Origin: Bdellovibrionales bacterium
Lineage (GTDB): Bacteria; Bdellovibrionota; Bdellovibrionia; Bdellovibrionales; UBA1609
Assembly: GCA_041690295.1 (NCBI GenBank)
Contig: JAWLHR010000007.1
Coordinates: 60,019 to 124,018, forward strand
Length of the DNA: 64,000 bases
Direction of reading: 5' to 3'
Position 1 is the first letter of the stretch; each line of letters starts with the position of its first letter. Shown one piece after another: positions 1-9,562 of the stretch. A program made the translations under genes and the position numbers. The notes beneath the pieces are model-generated. The model was not told the origin of the DNA. It was given only the letters and a program-made list of their open reading frames with translations, and did no database searches.

Positions 1-821
1 ACGCCGGCCACGCCCTGGGAACTCCGATTTTGGGAACGGATGATACGCTCAAAGCCATGCGCCGCATGGATGTGGTTCGGCATTACCGCTCTTCATTCCG
101 AGGGCCCCGCATTATCGTCAGTGTGGCGGGTCCCGTGGAACACGATCAAGTGGTGAAGCTGGTTTCAAAAACGTTGGGGCGACTTCCCCGGCGAACCAAG
201 GCTTTAAGAAGAAAACCGCCACGGATCCGTAAATTCGAAGAGTTTTTGCCGCGCAATAGTGAACAGGTGCACATGATGGTGGGATTTCCATCCTGTTCCT
301 ATCGTTCACCCGCGCGATTTGATGCCATGGTGGTGAACGAAATCATCGGTGGCGGAGTGACGTCGCGCCTTTATCAAAAGATTAGGGAAAATAAAGGACT
401 CGTTTACAGCGTTTACAGTTTCTTACAATCCTTTGTCGATTCCGGTTTGTTCCTGATGTACGCCGGCTCCAGTGTGGAGAATGCGCTGCCGGTGATGAAG
501 GCGTTTCGCCGGGAAATCGAAAAGTTCATCGAGAACGGTATACGTGACCGTGAACTGGAAATGTTTAAGACCCAATTAAAAGGCCAGATTCTCCTCGGCG
601 CCGAGGATATGGAGAACCGGATGAATTCCCTGGGAATCAACGAAATGGTTTTCGGTGAATACCGACCGGTGGACGAGGTGATTCGGGACATTGAAAAGGT
701 GAATCGAAAATCCGTGGCTGATTATGTGCGCAAATACTTTGATATGGATTCAGTCTCGCTTATGGTTATGGGAGATCTTCAGCCGGCGGACGCGCTGAAG
801 CTATTCCAAGTCTGGGAGTAA
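1..821 (+). CDS. M16 (pitrilysin/insulinase) family zinc peptidase, 5'-truncated by the window edge
   Basis: The frame is open from base 3 (AGHALGTPILGT..). It carries M16 C-terminal motifs: IIGGGVTSRLYQKIRENKGLVYSVYSF, DSGLF, QLKGQILLGAED. Confidence 0.9.
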   Translation, partial: AGHALGTPILGTDDTLKAMRRMDVVRHYRSSFRGPRIIVSVAGPVEHDQVVKLVSKTLGRLPRRTKALRRKPPRIRKFEEFLPRNSEQVHMMVGFPSCSYRSPARFDAMVVNEIIGGGVTSRLYQKIRENKGLVYSVYSFLQSFVDSGLFLMYAGSSVENALPVMKAFRREIEKFIENGIRDRELEMFKTQLKGQILLGAEDMENRMNSLGINEMVFGEYRPVDEVIRDIEKVNRKSVADYVRKYFDMDSVSLMVMGDLQPADALKLFQVWE

Positions 822-824
822 GAG

Positions 825-1436
825 ATGGAACTCAGTCAGTTCAAGAAATCCGTTCAGGAAATTAGTCGCATGGTGGGCGCTTTGGTCGAGGAAAAACTCG
901 GTGAACGCTCCCAACTTGAAGAGCAAGTCCGTTCCATGGCCCGTCAGGTGGAAAAAGTGGTGACCGAAGCGCTTTGGAGCCGCGGATCGGAAAAGGTCAA
1001 AATCAAATTTAAAAAGCTGGAGAACTTCAAAGGTGAACTTCCGTCCTACGCGACGGCGCTCGCCTCGGGAATGGACGTGCGGGCCTGCCTCAGTGAGCCT
1101 GTCACTTTGAAACCGGGTGAGCGGACACTGATTCCCACCGGATTGTCGGTTGAAATTCCCCGCGGATACGAGATTCAGGTTCGCCCCCGCAGCGGATTGG
1201 CCATCAAAAAGGGCCTTTCCCTGGTGAACACGCCGGGAACCATCGATGCGGATTATCGCGGCGAAATCAAAGTGATTGTGATCAACCTCGGACAAGAGCC
1301 CATCGTCATCGAGGATCAGGAACGAATCGCCCAATTGGTGGTGGCACCGGTGGTTTTGGCCGAGATCGAAGAAGTCGACGGTTTGGATGAGACCGAACGC
1401 GGTGAGGGCGGTTTCGGCAGCACGGGACAAAATTAA
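825..1436 (+). CDS. dut: dUTP diphosphatase with an N-terminal helical extension of about 55 aa
   Basis: All five trimeric dUTPase motifs are present: [44 protein letters not shown]. Confidence 0.95.
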   Translation: MELSQFKKSVQEISRMVGALVEEKLGERSQLEEQVRSMARQVEKVVTEALWSRGSEKVKIKFKKLENFKGELPSYATALASGMDVRACLSEPVTLKPGERTLIPTGLSVEIPRGYEIQVRPRSGLAIKKGLSLVNTPGTIDADYRGEIKVIVINLGQEPIVIEDQERIAQLVVAPVVLAEIEEVDGLDETERGEGGFGSTGQN

Positions 1437-2074
1437 TCTTCGCCGCCTGACTCGAACTTCAGTTCTTTTTCCAGGATATCCAGGGACTCCGGGGTGGCTT
1501 TCATGCGCATGGAGTCTTTGCGCACATTCACGCGTGCGATCTGCCAAACCGACGAGATAAAGAACACGGCGAACACGGCCCAGAAAATTCGTTTTAACCG
1601 TATCCGGTTCACGCCGAAGTTGCTGACGAAGCCCACGTAGAGAAGAAGCAATGAGGCCGCCAGACCCACCAGATTCACCAATGGAACGAACTTCGCCACG
1701 ATCCCCGCGAGCTGGGAGGGAATGGCGGCGAAAACCAAGTGGGTGTAAATCGGTTTGATTCCAATCTCGAGATTAAAGAAGAACTTGAACAAGTAATAGA
1801 AAATACCGCTGACAACTCCAGTGACGATCAATGCCGCCAGCGGCGACAGAACGATGTCGATGACAAAACCCATCGCGTCCCGCTCGACGATGTTCGTCAG
1901 CATCCCGCTGGCCAAGGCCAGGGCCGCTTGCAAGAGAAGCAACGTGATCCATTCCCAATCGGGAAGCTCCCGCATGCCTTGGACAGGATTGCGAAAGAAA
2001 TTGGGGAGCGCGAGGAGCGCTTTGCGCAGTTCAGATTTGATGCCCGGCCAGGTGTACGTATTAAAAGGTTGCAT
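1433..2074 (-). CDS. Yip1-like integral membrane protein
   Basis: FFRNP motif near the N-terminus followed by about 5 hydrophobic segments. Confidence 0.55.
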   Translation of the reverse strand: MQPFNTYTWPGIKSELRKALLALPNFFRNPVQGMRELPDWEWITLLLLQAALALASGMLTNIVERDAMGFVIDIVLSPLAALIVTGVVSGIFYYLFKFFFNLEIGIKPIYTHLVFAAIPSQLAGIVAKFVPLVNLVGLAASLLLLYVGFVSNFGVNRIRLKRIFWAVFAVFFISSVWQIARVNVRKDSMRMKATPESLDILEKELKFESGGED

Positions 2075-2167
2075 TCATTCTTAGTGTCGCATTAAACGCC
2101 CTGCGGTCAATTGAATCAGAGATCATTGATGAACGATACGACACGTCGAGCCCAGTTCGACATGGCA

Positions 2168-3112
2168 TCAGCCTCCGCTGATGATCACTTTTCCGTCTTT
2201 TCCCTTCATGGTCGAGCACTTTGTGGCGTTCGGGGCCGCACCGCCGGAGTCGGCTTCACCGAGACCGCCTTTGCCTGTGTCATCAGGTTGAGGATTGCCG
2301 GGGTTTTCCTGGCTACCGTTTTGTGAACTGCCACCCGAGGGGACAAGGCAGGCTCCGCCGCCACCACCACCTCCCATGTCGTTGTTGAAAGCGTTGGCGC
2401 CGTTCTGTCCGCATCCGGGGCCGCCGCCCGCGGCATAGCCGGTGAATCCGCCCTCGTCATCGTTGGAGCCGCCACCACCGCCGCCGGCGATCAGCAGATC
2501 GGTGCTGCCGCGCTTGATACCTGAGGCGCCCCCGCCGGCCCCACCGCCCCCGCCGTTACCAACCGTGCTGTTGTTTTTCGTACCGCCCCCGCCGCCGCCA
2601 TACTTTCCCGCGGCTCCGTTGAATCCCGCACCCATTCCGGTTCCCCCAGCGCCACCGGATCCTGTGCCTCCACCGGCCTGTGGCGCCTGGGTGCCGAGCG
2701 CTCCGGCGCCCCCGGAATAAATACCGGTGCCACCGGGCGGACGGCTCGAACCGTTACACCAACCGCCGGTGCCACCTTTTCCGACGTAAACCGCGAGAGT
2801 TTCTCCGGGAGTGGCGGTTAAGGTCGCGGTGACATATCCGCCGCCGCCGCCTTTTCCGCCTTTTGCATTATTATTTTTATCGCCGTAGCCACCGCCGCCG
2901 CCTCCGCCCCAAGCTTGCACGGTGATCTGAGTGCAACCGGCGGGAACTTGCCAACTGAGATTATCGGAAGTGAATTCGGTCGAAAAGGGCGCGCAACCGC
3001 CTCCGCTTTGATCTTGCGTCCAAAATGCAAAAGGGAAGATGTTTTTGGCATAAAGAGCCGAGCTGAATCCGGCTAGTAACGTGATCATGAGAAACTGCAA
3101 ATTCAACCTCAA
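2168..3112 (-). CDS. Secreted glycine-rich protein (ALK/LTK-like glycine-rich, polyglycine domain)
   Basis: Signal peptide, then WQVPAGCTQITVQAWGGGGGGG..GGKGGGGGYVTATL..PGETLAVYVGKGG..GGGASGI..LLIAGGGGGG..GKDGKVII. Confidence 0.7.
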   Translation of the reverse strand: MRLNLQFLMITLLAGFSSALYAKNIFPFAFWTQDQSGGGCAPFSTEFTSDNLSWQVPAGCTQITVQAWGGGGGGGYGDKNNNAKGGKGGGGGYVTATLTATPGETLAVYVGKGGTGGWCNGSSRPPGGTGIYSGGAGALGTQAPQAGGGTGSGGAGGTGMGAGFNGAAGKYGGGGGGTKNNSTVGNGGGGGAGGGASGIKRGSTDLLIAGGGGGGSNDDEGGFTGYAAGGGPGCGQNGANAFNNDMGGGGGGGACLVPSGGSSQNGSQENPGNPQPDDTGKGGLGEADSGGAAPNATKCSTMKGKDGKVIISGG

Positions 3113-3249
3113 CGTCGTTCTATAAGGCTTAGAACTCTACCGGTGAAAACAAATTTACCATCGGGATTTGTCAGCGCGCAAACCACTCCCGCAATTTCAT
3201 TCGATAGTCTTGCGAACTTCAAAGCACTGCGTTTTCGTGCGGGAGGGCT

Positions 3250-3900
3250 TTAGAAGGTGGCGTTCATTCTCAGTGTGGCATTGAACGCTCGGCGATCAAT
3301 GGAATCAGAGACCATTGAGGATCGATAAGAAACGTCAGGACCAAAGGTGAGATTGTGGGTGACTTTTCTTTCGACGCCCAGAAAGAAAGTGCTGGCCGGG
3401 GTGGACGACGCATACTCATTCCGGAACTCACCGCTACGCGCGCTCAATTGCAGGTCGCGCGCGGCGAAGCCGCCACCCAACCGGAAGTTCATTTTGTCGT
3501 TGACCATGGGTAAGAACACCACACGGAGTTCGAATTCCTTTAAATCGGCGCTGACACCCGAGGCGATGGGTTCTTTGGCGTACGTACGAAATAAAAATTC
3601 CGCGCGCGCTTTACGCGAGAAAATGTTCATGCCGACGTGGGCTTCGATTCCTTTAAGAATACCCGACCCGGAAATGCCGTCGGGAGTTTCAAAGCTCAAA
3701 GTTTCGGCCGTGAGCCCCATTCCCGCGTGGAGGGCGACGGCTTCCCATTCCAGATCGCTTTCCGGCTTCGTTGGTTGTTCGGCCGTGGCGCGGAGTTCGG
3801 CGACGATATCGTCGTAACTGGTATAGGACTCCTCGTCCGCCGCGACATTGGTCGAGCCGAGAAGAATCAAAACAAGTATCATCGTTCGTGGCGATAACAT
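3250..3900 (-). CDS. Putative outer-membrane beta-barrel protein
   Basis: ATG at 3900 gives a signal peptide (MLSPRTMILVLILLGSTNVAA), amphipathic strands and a C-terminal Phe (LRMNATF). Confidence 0.6.
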   Translation of the reverse strand: MLSPRTMILVLILLGSTNVAADEESYTSYDDIVAELRATAEQPTKPESDLEWEAVALHAGMGLTAETLSFETPDGISGSGILKGIEAHVGMNIFSRKARAEFLFRTYAKEPIASGVSADLKEFELRVVFLPMVNDKMNFRLGGGFAARDLQLSARSGEFRNEYASSTPASTFFLGVERKVTHNLTFGPDVSYRSSMVSDSIDRRAFNATLRMNATF

Positions 3901-3972
3901 GTAAAAACCCCCACGTTTTATTCTAGCAAAACTCGTCTTTTCTGAAAGATCCCGTCCTGTAGAATAGGACCT

Positions 3973-4440
3973 ATGAAACATGTTTTCCGCCGTCGCGAAC
4001 AACGATACTGCGCTTATTGCCGAAGTCCGCGGAAGGTGTACGTGAAAAAACATCTTGGTCTGACCAACGTCTTGGCCGCGGCGATGCTCTCGTCGGTGAT
4101 CAGTTTCGCTCTGTATGGCAAGGCGGACCCTCGCTCGCTAATGATTTTTTGTTTAGTCTGCGGCTTTAGCGAGGTGTTCATTTACGTGCGCTGGCGGGTG
4201 GGCGTGGTGTGCACGATGTGCGGCTTCGATCCGGTCATTTACAAGCGCTCTCCCGAACAGGCGGCCCGGCGCGTGCGGGAATTCTTTTACGAGCATATGG
4301 ATGATCCGCGCTTTCAACTCACCAAGTCCCCATTGCTGGAATGGCATCGCCGGCTCCGGCAGGCTCAGCGCAAAAAAATGGCTCTACGTTCTTCAGTTGT
4401 GGCCAGCAAAGCCCCTGTGGTAGACCCTAAGGGACCATGA
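3973..4440 (+). CDS. Hypothetical membrane protein with two CxxC pairs
   Basis: CAYC and CTMC flank two hydrophobic segments; the stop overlaps the next start (ATGA). Confidence 0.6.
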   Translation: MKHVFRRREQRYCAYCRSPRKVYVKKHLGLTNVLAAAMLSSVISFALYGKADPRSLMIFCLVCGFSEVFIYVRWRVGVVCTMCGFDPVIYKRSPEQAARRVREFFYEHMDDPRFQLTKSPLLEWHRRLRQAQRKKMALRSSVVASKAPVVDPKGP

Positions 4441-5138
4441 AATCCCTTGTCGTGATTCCGACATATAACGAACGAGACAACATCGGGGAACTCACTCGGG
4501 AAATTCATCGATTGCTGCCAGATGTCGATATTCTGGTGGTCGACGATAATTCACCCGACGGGACTCAGGACGTTGTGCGCGAATGCCAGGCGACCGACTC
4601 GCGCCTTCATCTCTTGCCGAGGAAGGGGAAAGAAGGGCTTGGAAAAGCCTATCTGGCGGGCTTTCGCTGGGGATTGGAGCGCGGTTACGAGGCGATCGTT
4701 GAAATGGACGCGGATTTTTCCCATCGTCCCGTGGATCTGAAGAAAGTTCTGGCGGCTCTTCCGGATCATGATTTTGTCGTGGGATCCCGATGGGTGCCGG
4801 GCGGACAAACCGTGAACTGGGGATTGGGTCGAAAGCTGATCAGTCGCGGCGGCTCCTTTTATACGCGTCAAATTTTGCGCTATCCCTTGCGTGATTGGAC
4901 GGGCGGTTTTAATGCCTGGAAAGCCAGCACCTTGCGAAAGATTGGGTTGGAATCAGTCCGTTCTGAAGGCTATAGTTTTCAAATTGAATTAAAGTATAGG
5001 GCATTGAGAATTGGTTTGCGCGGGATTGAAGTTCCTATCATTTTTGAAGACCGACGAGTGGGGCAAAGTAAAATGTCGTCGCGGATCGTTATCGAAGCTC
5101 TTCATCGCGTTTGGGGTTTGCGCCGTATTTCTTTGTGA
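4437..5138 (+). CDS. GT2 polyprenol-phosphate mannosyltransferase (DPM1/Ppm1-like)
   Basis: VVIPTYNE, VVDDNSPDGT, KEGLGKAY, MDADFSH, GSRW, GYSFQIE, GQSKMS motifs. Confidence 0.9.
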   Translation: MKSLVVIPTYNERDNIGELTREIHRLLPDVDILVVDDNSPDGTQDVVRECQATDSRLHLLPRKGKEGLGKAYLAGFRWGLERGYEAIVEMDADFSHRPVDLKKVLAALPDHDFVVGSRWVPGGQTVNWGLGRKLISRGGSFYTRQILRYPLRDWTGGFNAWKASTLRKIGLESVRSEGYSFQIELKYRALRIGLRGIEVPIIFEDRRVGQSKMSSRIVIEALHRVWGLRRISL

Positions 5139-5988
5139 GTTCTCCGCTCACGCCCAGAAAAAAAAACCACAGCGAAAAAGCACCCGATTGCCCGCGGTGC
5201 GCGCCACGGTCGTCAGTGACGGGGCCGCGGTTTACGAAAAGCCGGATTTCGATTCCAAAGTCATCGATTTCGTTCCCTATAACACCAAAGTGATCGTTTC
5301 CAAGCGCGCGTTCGCGGGCGTCGAGGGTCTTGGTTTGTTCCATCGCGTTCGGGTCCGCGGAAAACTGGGTTATATTCCCGACACCGATATTCGGGTGGCT
5401 GAGAGCGCGCGGGAAAAAGTTCCGGAAAAAGTTTTGGAACGCACGCGTTCCAAGGCGTGGGAGCCGGAAGAACAAGAAGTTCTCGGCCAAGCGCCCATTT
5501 ATATGACCCGCTACCTCGGTGGCGCCGTGGCTCGGGTGAATTTCACCGAAAAATTCTCCGGGCGTAAGTTAAGTGATCAGATCACCATGTATGGTTTGCG
5601 CATGACCGGCCCGGGAGCGTTATTCGATGGTCCGCCGCTCGATGTGAATCTGTGGTTCTCGATGGAGAAGCCCGGTTATTACGATATATTTTCAACCAAC
5701 TTCAGCGGCTTCCTGCTTTTCGGCGACGTCATGGCGATGATGCCTTTGATCAGTCATGACAAATTCGTTGTGAATTACGGCTTGGGTTTGATGTGGACGT
5801 TCACCAAATTCCGCTTGCAAATCCGCGGTGAGAATACGGACTCGCTGGAAGTTCGCGTCGGTGTCAATGCCGGATTGGGTGCCGCTTACCGTATCGCCAA
5901 GAAATTTCTTCTTCGGGGCGACGTGAAATATTATTACGAGAAAACCGGTTATCCGGGATTTCTCTTGAGCCTGCAAACGGAGTACTAA
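5011..5988 (+). CDS. Exported protein: SH3b-like domain plus C-terminal beta-barrel (start uncertain, possibly TTG 5044)
   Basis: Signal-like LFIAFGVCAVFLCEFSAHA; SH3-like AAVYEKPDFDSKVI..FHRVRV.GKLGYIPDTDI; alternating strands ending in LSLQTEY. Confidence 0.6.
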   Translation: MVCAGLKFLSFLKTDEWGKVKCRRGSLSKLFIAFGVCAVFLCEFSAHAQKKKPQRKSTRLPAVRATVVSDGAAVYEKPDFDSKVIDFVPYNTKVIVSKRAFAGVEGLGLFHRVRVRGKLGYIPDTDIRVAESAREKVPEKVLERTRSKAWEPEEQEVLGQAPIYMTRYLGGAVARVNFTEKFSGRKLSDQITMYGLRMTGPGALFDGPPLDVNLWFSMEKPGYYDIFSTNFSGFLLFGDVMAMMPLISHDKFVVNYGLGLMWTFTKFRLQIRGENTDSLEVRVGVNAGLGAAYRIAKKFLLRGDVKYYYEKTGYPGFLLSLQTEY

Positions 5989-7754
5989 TGGCCATTCGGA
6001 TTTTAACCGGTGAGGTGATTGACCAGATCGCGGCGGGTGAAGTGCTTGAGCGGCCCGCCAATCTGGTCAAGGAATTGGTGGAAAACAGTCTCGATGCCGG
6101 AGCTGATCAAGTTGAAGTTGAATATGATGACGGCGGCCGCTCCGTCACGGTCATGGATAACGGCCGCGGCATGAATCGCGAAGACCTTAAGCTTTCGGTG
6201 CAACGTCACGCCACCAGCAAAATTCAGGCAAGCGATGATCTTTTTCGTCTGGCCACATACGGTTTTCGAGGTGAAGCGTTGGCCAGCATCGCGGGCGTGA
6301 GTGAGATGTCGATCACGTCACGCCATTCGGATGCGGATCAGGGTTTTCGCTTGCGCGTGCGTTTCGGTCAGGCGGATGATGCCATGGCGGTTTCAAGCCG
6401 CGTGGGCACCACGGTTCAAGTCCGGGATCTTTTCGCCAACGTGCCGGCGCGTTTGAGTTTCTTAAAGAGTGAATCCGCGGAACACGGTCAAATTCGATCA
6501 ACGCTGAAGGCGATGGCGCTGGCGCGCGAAGATGTGGCGTTCACCTTGCGCTCAAAAGGTGAATTGGTGGCCCATTGGCCGAAAAACCAAAGTTTCAATG
6601 AGCGCGTGCGGGATGTTTTGCAAAACCAGAACATGTTTCTCGCGCAAGGTGAGAACAAGGGCATTCGCGTCGAAGCCGCGTTCTCATCGCCGAGGGACAC
6701 TCAGGCGGTCAATCGTCATCTTTGGTTTTTCGTTCAAGGGCGATGGGTTCAGGATCGGGCGCTGAGCGTCGCGGTTATGGAAGCCTATCGAAATCTTCTC
6801 ATGCATGGAGAGTATCCGACGGCCGTGGTTCGTATCGAGCTGGATCCCGCCGATGTGGATGTGAATGTTCATCCCACCAAAGCCCAGGTTAAATTCAAAA
6901 ACCCGCAGGATGTTTTTCGGGCGGTGAGTTCCACGATTCGCTCGGCTTTGGAAAAAGCGCCCTGGTTGCCGGAAAAGACCGCTGAGCCTACGGTCACGGC
7001 CTTTAAACCCAAAGCGGAAGGGGGCACGACTTTAAGTTTTACCGCGCCCGAATTCCGACAAACTCAGTATTCACAAAAAATGTTCCCGCTGGCCATGGTG
7101 AGGGAAGCCATTGCGGATTCTCCTAAAGTCTCATCCGCGGCGACGCCCAATCAGCCCGCCACGGAGTTTCGTTGGCAGGATTTACAGATCATCGGTCAAC
7201 TCCATTTAACCTATATCGTGGCTCAGGATTCGAATTCATATTATTTGATCGATCAGCACGCCGCCCACGAACGTGTGGTCTTTGAACGATTGATGGAATC
7301 GTTTAAGAATGGGCGCATGGATATCCAGAATCTTCTGATCCCGTTGACGTTGGATCTTTCCGAGGCCGAAATGCAAGCGCTACTCAATGAGCGTGCGAAC
7401 TTTGAGCGGCTCGGACTCACTTTGGATCGGCTTGGACCGGAAACTCTCGTTGTGCAAACCATGCCGTCGTTAATCAGTGAGAACTCCGTCGCGGAGGCGT
7501 TGAAGAAAGCGGCTCATTCGCTTCATGAAGTCGGGGGTGGCGGATTTTTTGAGCGCGCCTGCGCCGATGTGTTCGCCACCATGGCCTGCCATTCAGTGGT
7601 GCGGGCGGGTCAGGCCATGAGTTTTGAACAAATGGCGCAGCTTCTTCAGCAGATGGACGAATATCCGTTAAGCAGTTTCTGTCCTCATGGACGGCCCGTG
7701 TACATTCAAAAGCGCTTTTCCGAAGTGGAGCGGGAATTCGGCCGGATCACATGA
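5988..7754 (+). CDS. mutL: DNA mismatch repair endonuclease MutL
   Basis: QIAAGEVLERPA, KELVENSLDAGA, GFRGEALASI, VDVNVHPTK, DQHAAHERV, ACH, CPHGRP. Confidence 0.98.
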   Translation: MAIRILTGEVIDQIAAGEVLERPANLVKELVENSLDAGADQVEVEYDDGGRSVTVMDNGRGMNREDLKLSVQRHATSKIQASDDLFRLATYGFRGEALASIAGVSEMSITSRHSDADQGFRLRVRFGQADDAMAVSSRVGTTVQVRDLFANVPARLSFLKSESAEHGQIRSTLKAMALAREDVAFTLRSKGELVAHWPKNQSFNERVRDVLQNQNMFLAQGENKGIRVEAAFSSPRDTQAVNRHLWFFVQGRWVQDRALSVAVMEAYRNLLMHGEYPTAVVRIELDPADVDVNVHPTKAQVKFKNPQDVFRAVSSTIRSALEKAPWLPEKTAEPTVTAFKPKAEGGTTLSFTAPEFRQTQYSQKMFPLAMVREAIADSPKVSSAATPNQPATEFRWQDLQIIGQLHLTYIVAQDSNSYYLIDQHAAHERVVFERLMESFKNGRMDIQNLLIPLTLDLSEAEMQALLNERANFERLGLTLDRLGPETLVVQTMPSLISENSVAEALKKAAHSLHEVGGGGFFERACADVFATMACHSVVRAGQAMSFEQMAQLLQQMDEYPLSSFCPHGRPVYIQKRFSEVEREFGRIT

Positions 7755-8680
7755 GCTTTCCGCTGATTTTCATAGTCGGACCAACGGCGTCGGGAAAATC
7801 CGGACTGGCCATGGCTTTGGCCGAACGGTTCAACGCGGGCATTTTGAATTGCGACAGCTTGCAGGTTTATCAGCGTCTCGACATCGGCACGGCCAAACCC
7901 ACGCCTGAGGAGCGCGCCCGAGTGCCCCATTTTCTTTTTGATTTCGTTCCGCCAGGGGAGGTGCTCACCGCCGGCGATTACCGGCGTGAGGCTTTGAAAG
8001 TGCTCGATCAGGAACTCAAACAGCGAATGATTCTGGCCGTCGGCGGCAGTGGGTTTTATGTGCAGGCGCTCGAAAAAGGCATGTTTGAAGTGGAAAAGCC
8101 TGATCCCGAAGTTGAGGCCGAAGTGCGGGAGCGTTTCGCCCGCCTTGGCGCCGAGAAAGCCTACGAGGAGCTTAAAAAGTTTGATCCTGAGTACGCCGAG
8201 GTGGTCAGCCCCAACGATCATTACCGGATCCTGCGCGCTTTGATCGTTAAGGAAACTTCGGGTCATAAAATGAGTGAACTGAGAAAGTCGTTCGCGGGAC
8301 AGGGGCTGCCGTATCCGGTCTTGAAGTTAGGCGTTTCAATTTCCAAAGAGGAACTGCTTCCACGGGTGCGGGCGCGGGTTCGCGAAATGTTGCAAGCGGG
8401 CTGGTTGGATGAAGTCCAGCGCCTGCTCGATGAGGGCTGGGAGAACTGGCCCCCCATGAAAAGCGTGGGTTACAAGGAATGCGTCGAATTTTTGCGCGGC
8501 CGCCTTTCACGCGAGCGTCTTGAGCCTTTGATCGTGGAAAAGACCATGCAACTCGCCAAAAAGCAAAGAACCTGGTTCAAACGTGATCAGGAAATTCATT
8601 GGCTGAATTCCCCAAATCTTCTCGATGAGGCCATAGAATGCGTCACGCGGTTTCTTGACCCGAAGATGGTCCAAGCGTAG
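7751..8680 (+). CDS. miaA: tRNA dimethylallyltransferase
   Basis: GPTASGKS, DSLQVY..LDIGTAKP, VGGSGFY, AKKQRTWF; follows mutL. Confidence 0.97.
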   Translation: MSFPLIFIVGPTASGKSGLAMALAERFNAGILNCDSLQVYQRLDIGTAKPTPEERARVPHFLFDFVPPGEVLTAGDYRREALKVLDQELKQRMILAVGGSGFYVQALEKGMFEVEKPDPEVEAEVRERFARLGAEKAYEELKKFDPEYAEVVSPNDHYRILRALIVKETSGHKMSELRKSFAGQGLPYPVLKLGVSISKEELLPRVRARVREMLQAGWLDEVQRLLDEGWENWPPMKSVGYKECVEFLRGRLSRERLEPLIVEKTMQLAKKQRTWFKRDQEIHWLNSPNLLDEAIECVTRFLDPKMVQA

Positions 8681-8689
8681 AAATTTTTT

Positions 8690-9562
8690 ATGAAGAGCAT
8701 GACGGGATATGGATCGAGCCAGGCGAAGAATGCGCGGCTCGAGCTTGAAGTACACGTGAAATCGGTCAACGGCCGGTTTCTTGAACTTCGATTCCATTTG
8801 CCCAAGGAATACGCCCCGTTTGAGAACGATTTCAGAAAGGTCTTCGCCGGTTGGTCGCGGGGAACCATCGATATTTACGTTCATCGTAAACCCGGTTTGG
8901 AGGCGAAACTCCAGAGCACGCGGATCCGTAAGGAGCAGGCCGAGTACTGGGCGGTTCAACTGAAAAAGCTGGCCCGGTCACTGGGTCTGTCTCCCGAGAT
9001 TTCGATTCGCGACATTTTGCAAATGCCGTTCGTGATCGAGCATCAGGAACGCAATGGCGTGCAATCCGCCGAATTGAAATTGGTCGAGCAGCATCTGCGC
9101 AAAGCCGTGCAGAAAGCCGACGAATTTCGCCGGCGCGAAGGAGCGATGCTGAAGAAGGAAGTATTAGGTTTGCTCAAGCAACTGGAAGCCCGCGTGGAAG
9201 AGATGTCCACTTGGCGGGAAGAGGCGATGAAGAGTTCCCATCAACGCTTGAAATCCCGGTTGGCCGCCTTGGATTCGGAAAATCTCGATGCCTCGCGCCT
9301 GGCGCTTGAGACCGCGCTTCTCATCGACAAAATGGACGTGCACGAAGAAGTGGTCCGGCTGCGGGAGCACATCAAGGCCTGTCGCGCTCTGGTGGGCAAC
9401 GGCGAGGCGAAAGGCAAAAAGCTCGATTTTTACTGTCAGGAGCTCTTGCGTGAGGTGAATACGATCGGCTCGAAATCCCAGCTTTCGACGCTGACCCAAT
9501 CCGTGGTGGACGCCAAATCGTTGATCGAAAAATTCAGAGAACAGGTGCAAAACATAGAATGA
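8690..9562 (+). CDS. yicC: YicC/YloC family endoribonuclease
   Basis: MKSMTGYG, KSVNGRFLE, GKKLDFYCQELLREVNTIGSK, REQVQNIE. Confidence 0.95.
   Translation: MKSMTGYGSSQAKNARLELEVHVKSVNGRFLELRFHLPKEYAPFENDFRKVFAGWSRGTIDIYVHRKPGLEAKLQSTRIRKEQAEYWAVQLKKLARSLGLSPEISIRDILQMPFVIEHQERNGVQSAELKLVEQHLRKAVQKADEFRRREGAMLKKEVLGLLKQLEARVEEMSTWREEAMKSSHQRLKSRLAALDSENLDASRLALETALLIDKMDVHEEVVRLREHIKACRALVGNGEAKGKKLDFYCQELLREVNTIGSKSQLSTLTQSVVDAKSLIEKFREQVQNIE

Noticed and set aside
2340..2920. CCG/GCC-rich repeats and a Pro-rich plus-strand ORF (2442-2720)
   Set aside because: They are explained by poly-Gly codons on the minus strand; this is not a tandem repeat array or CRISPR.
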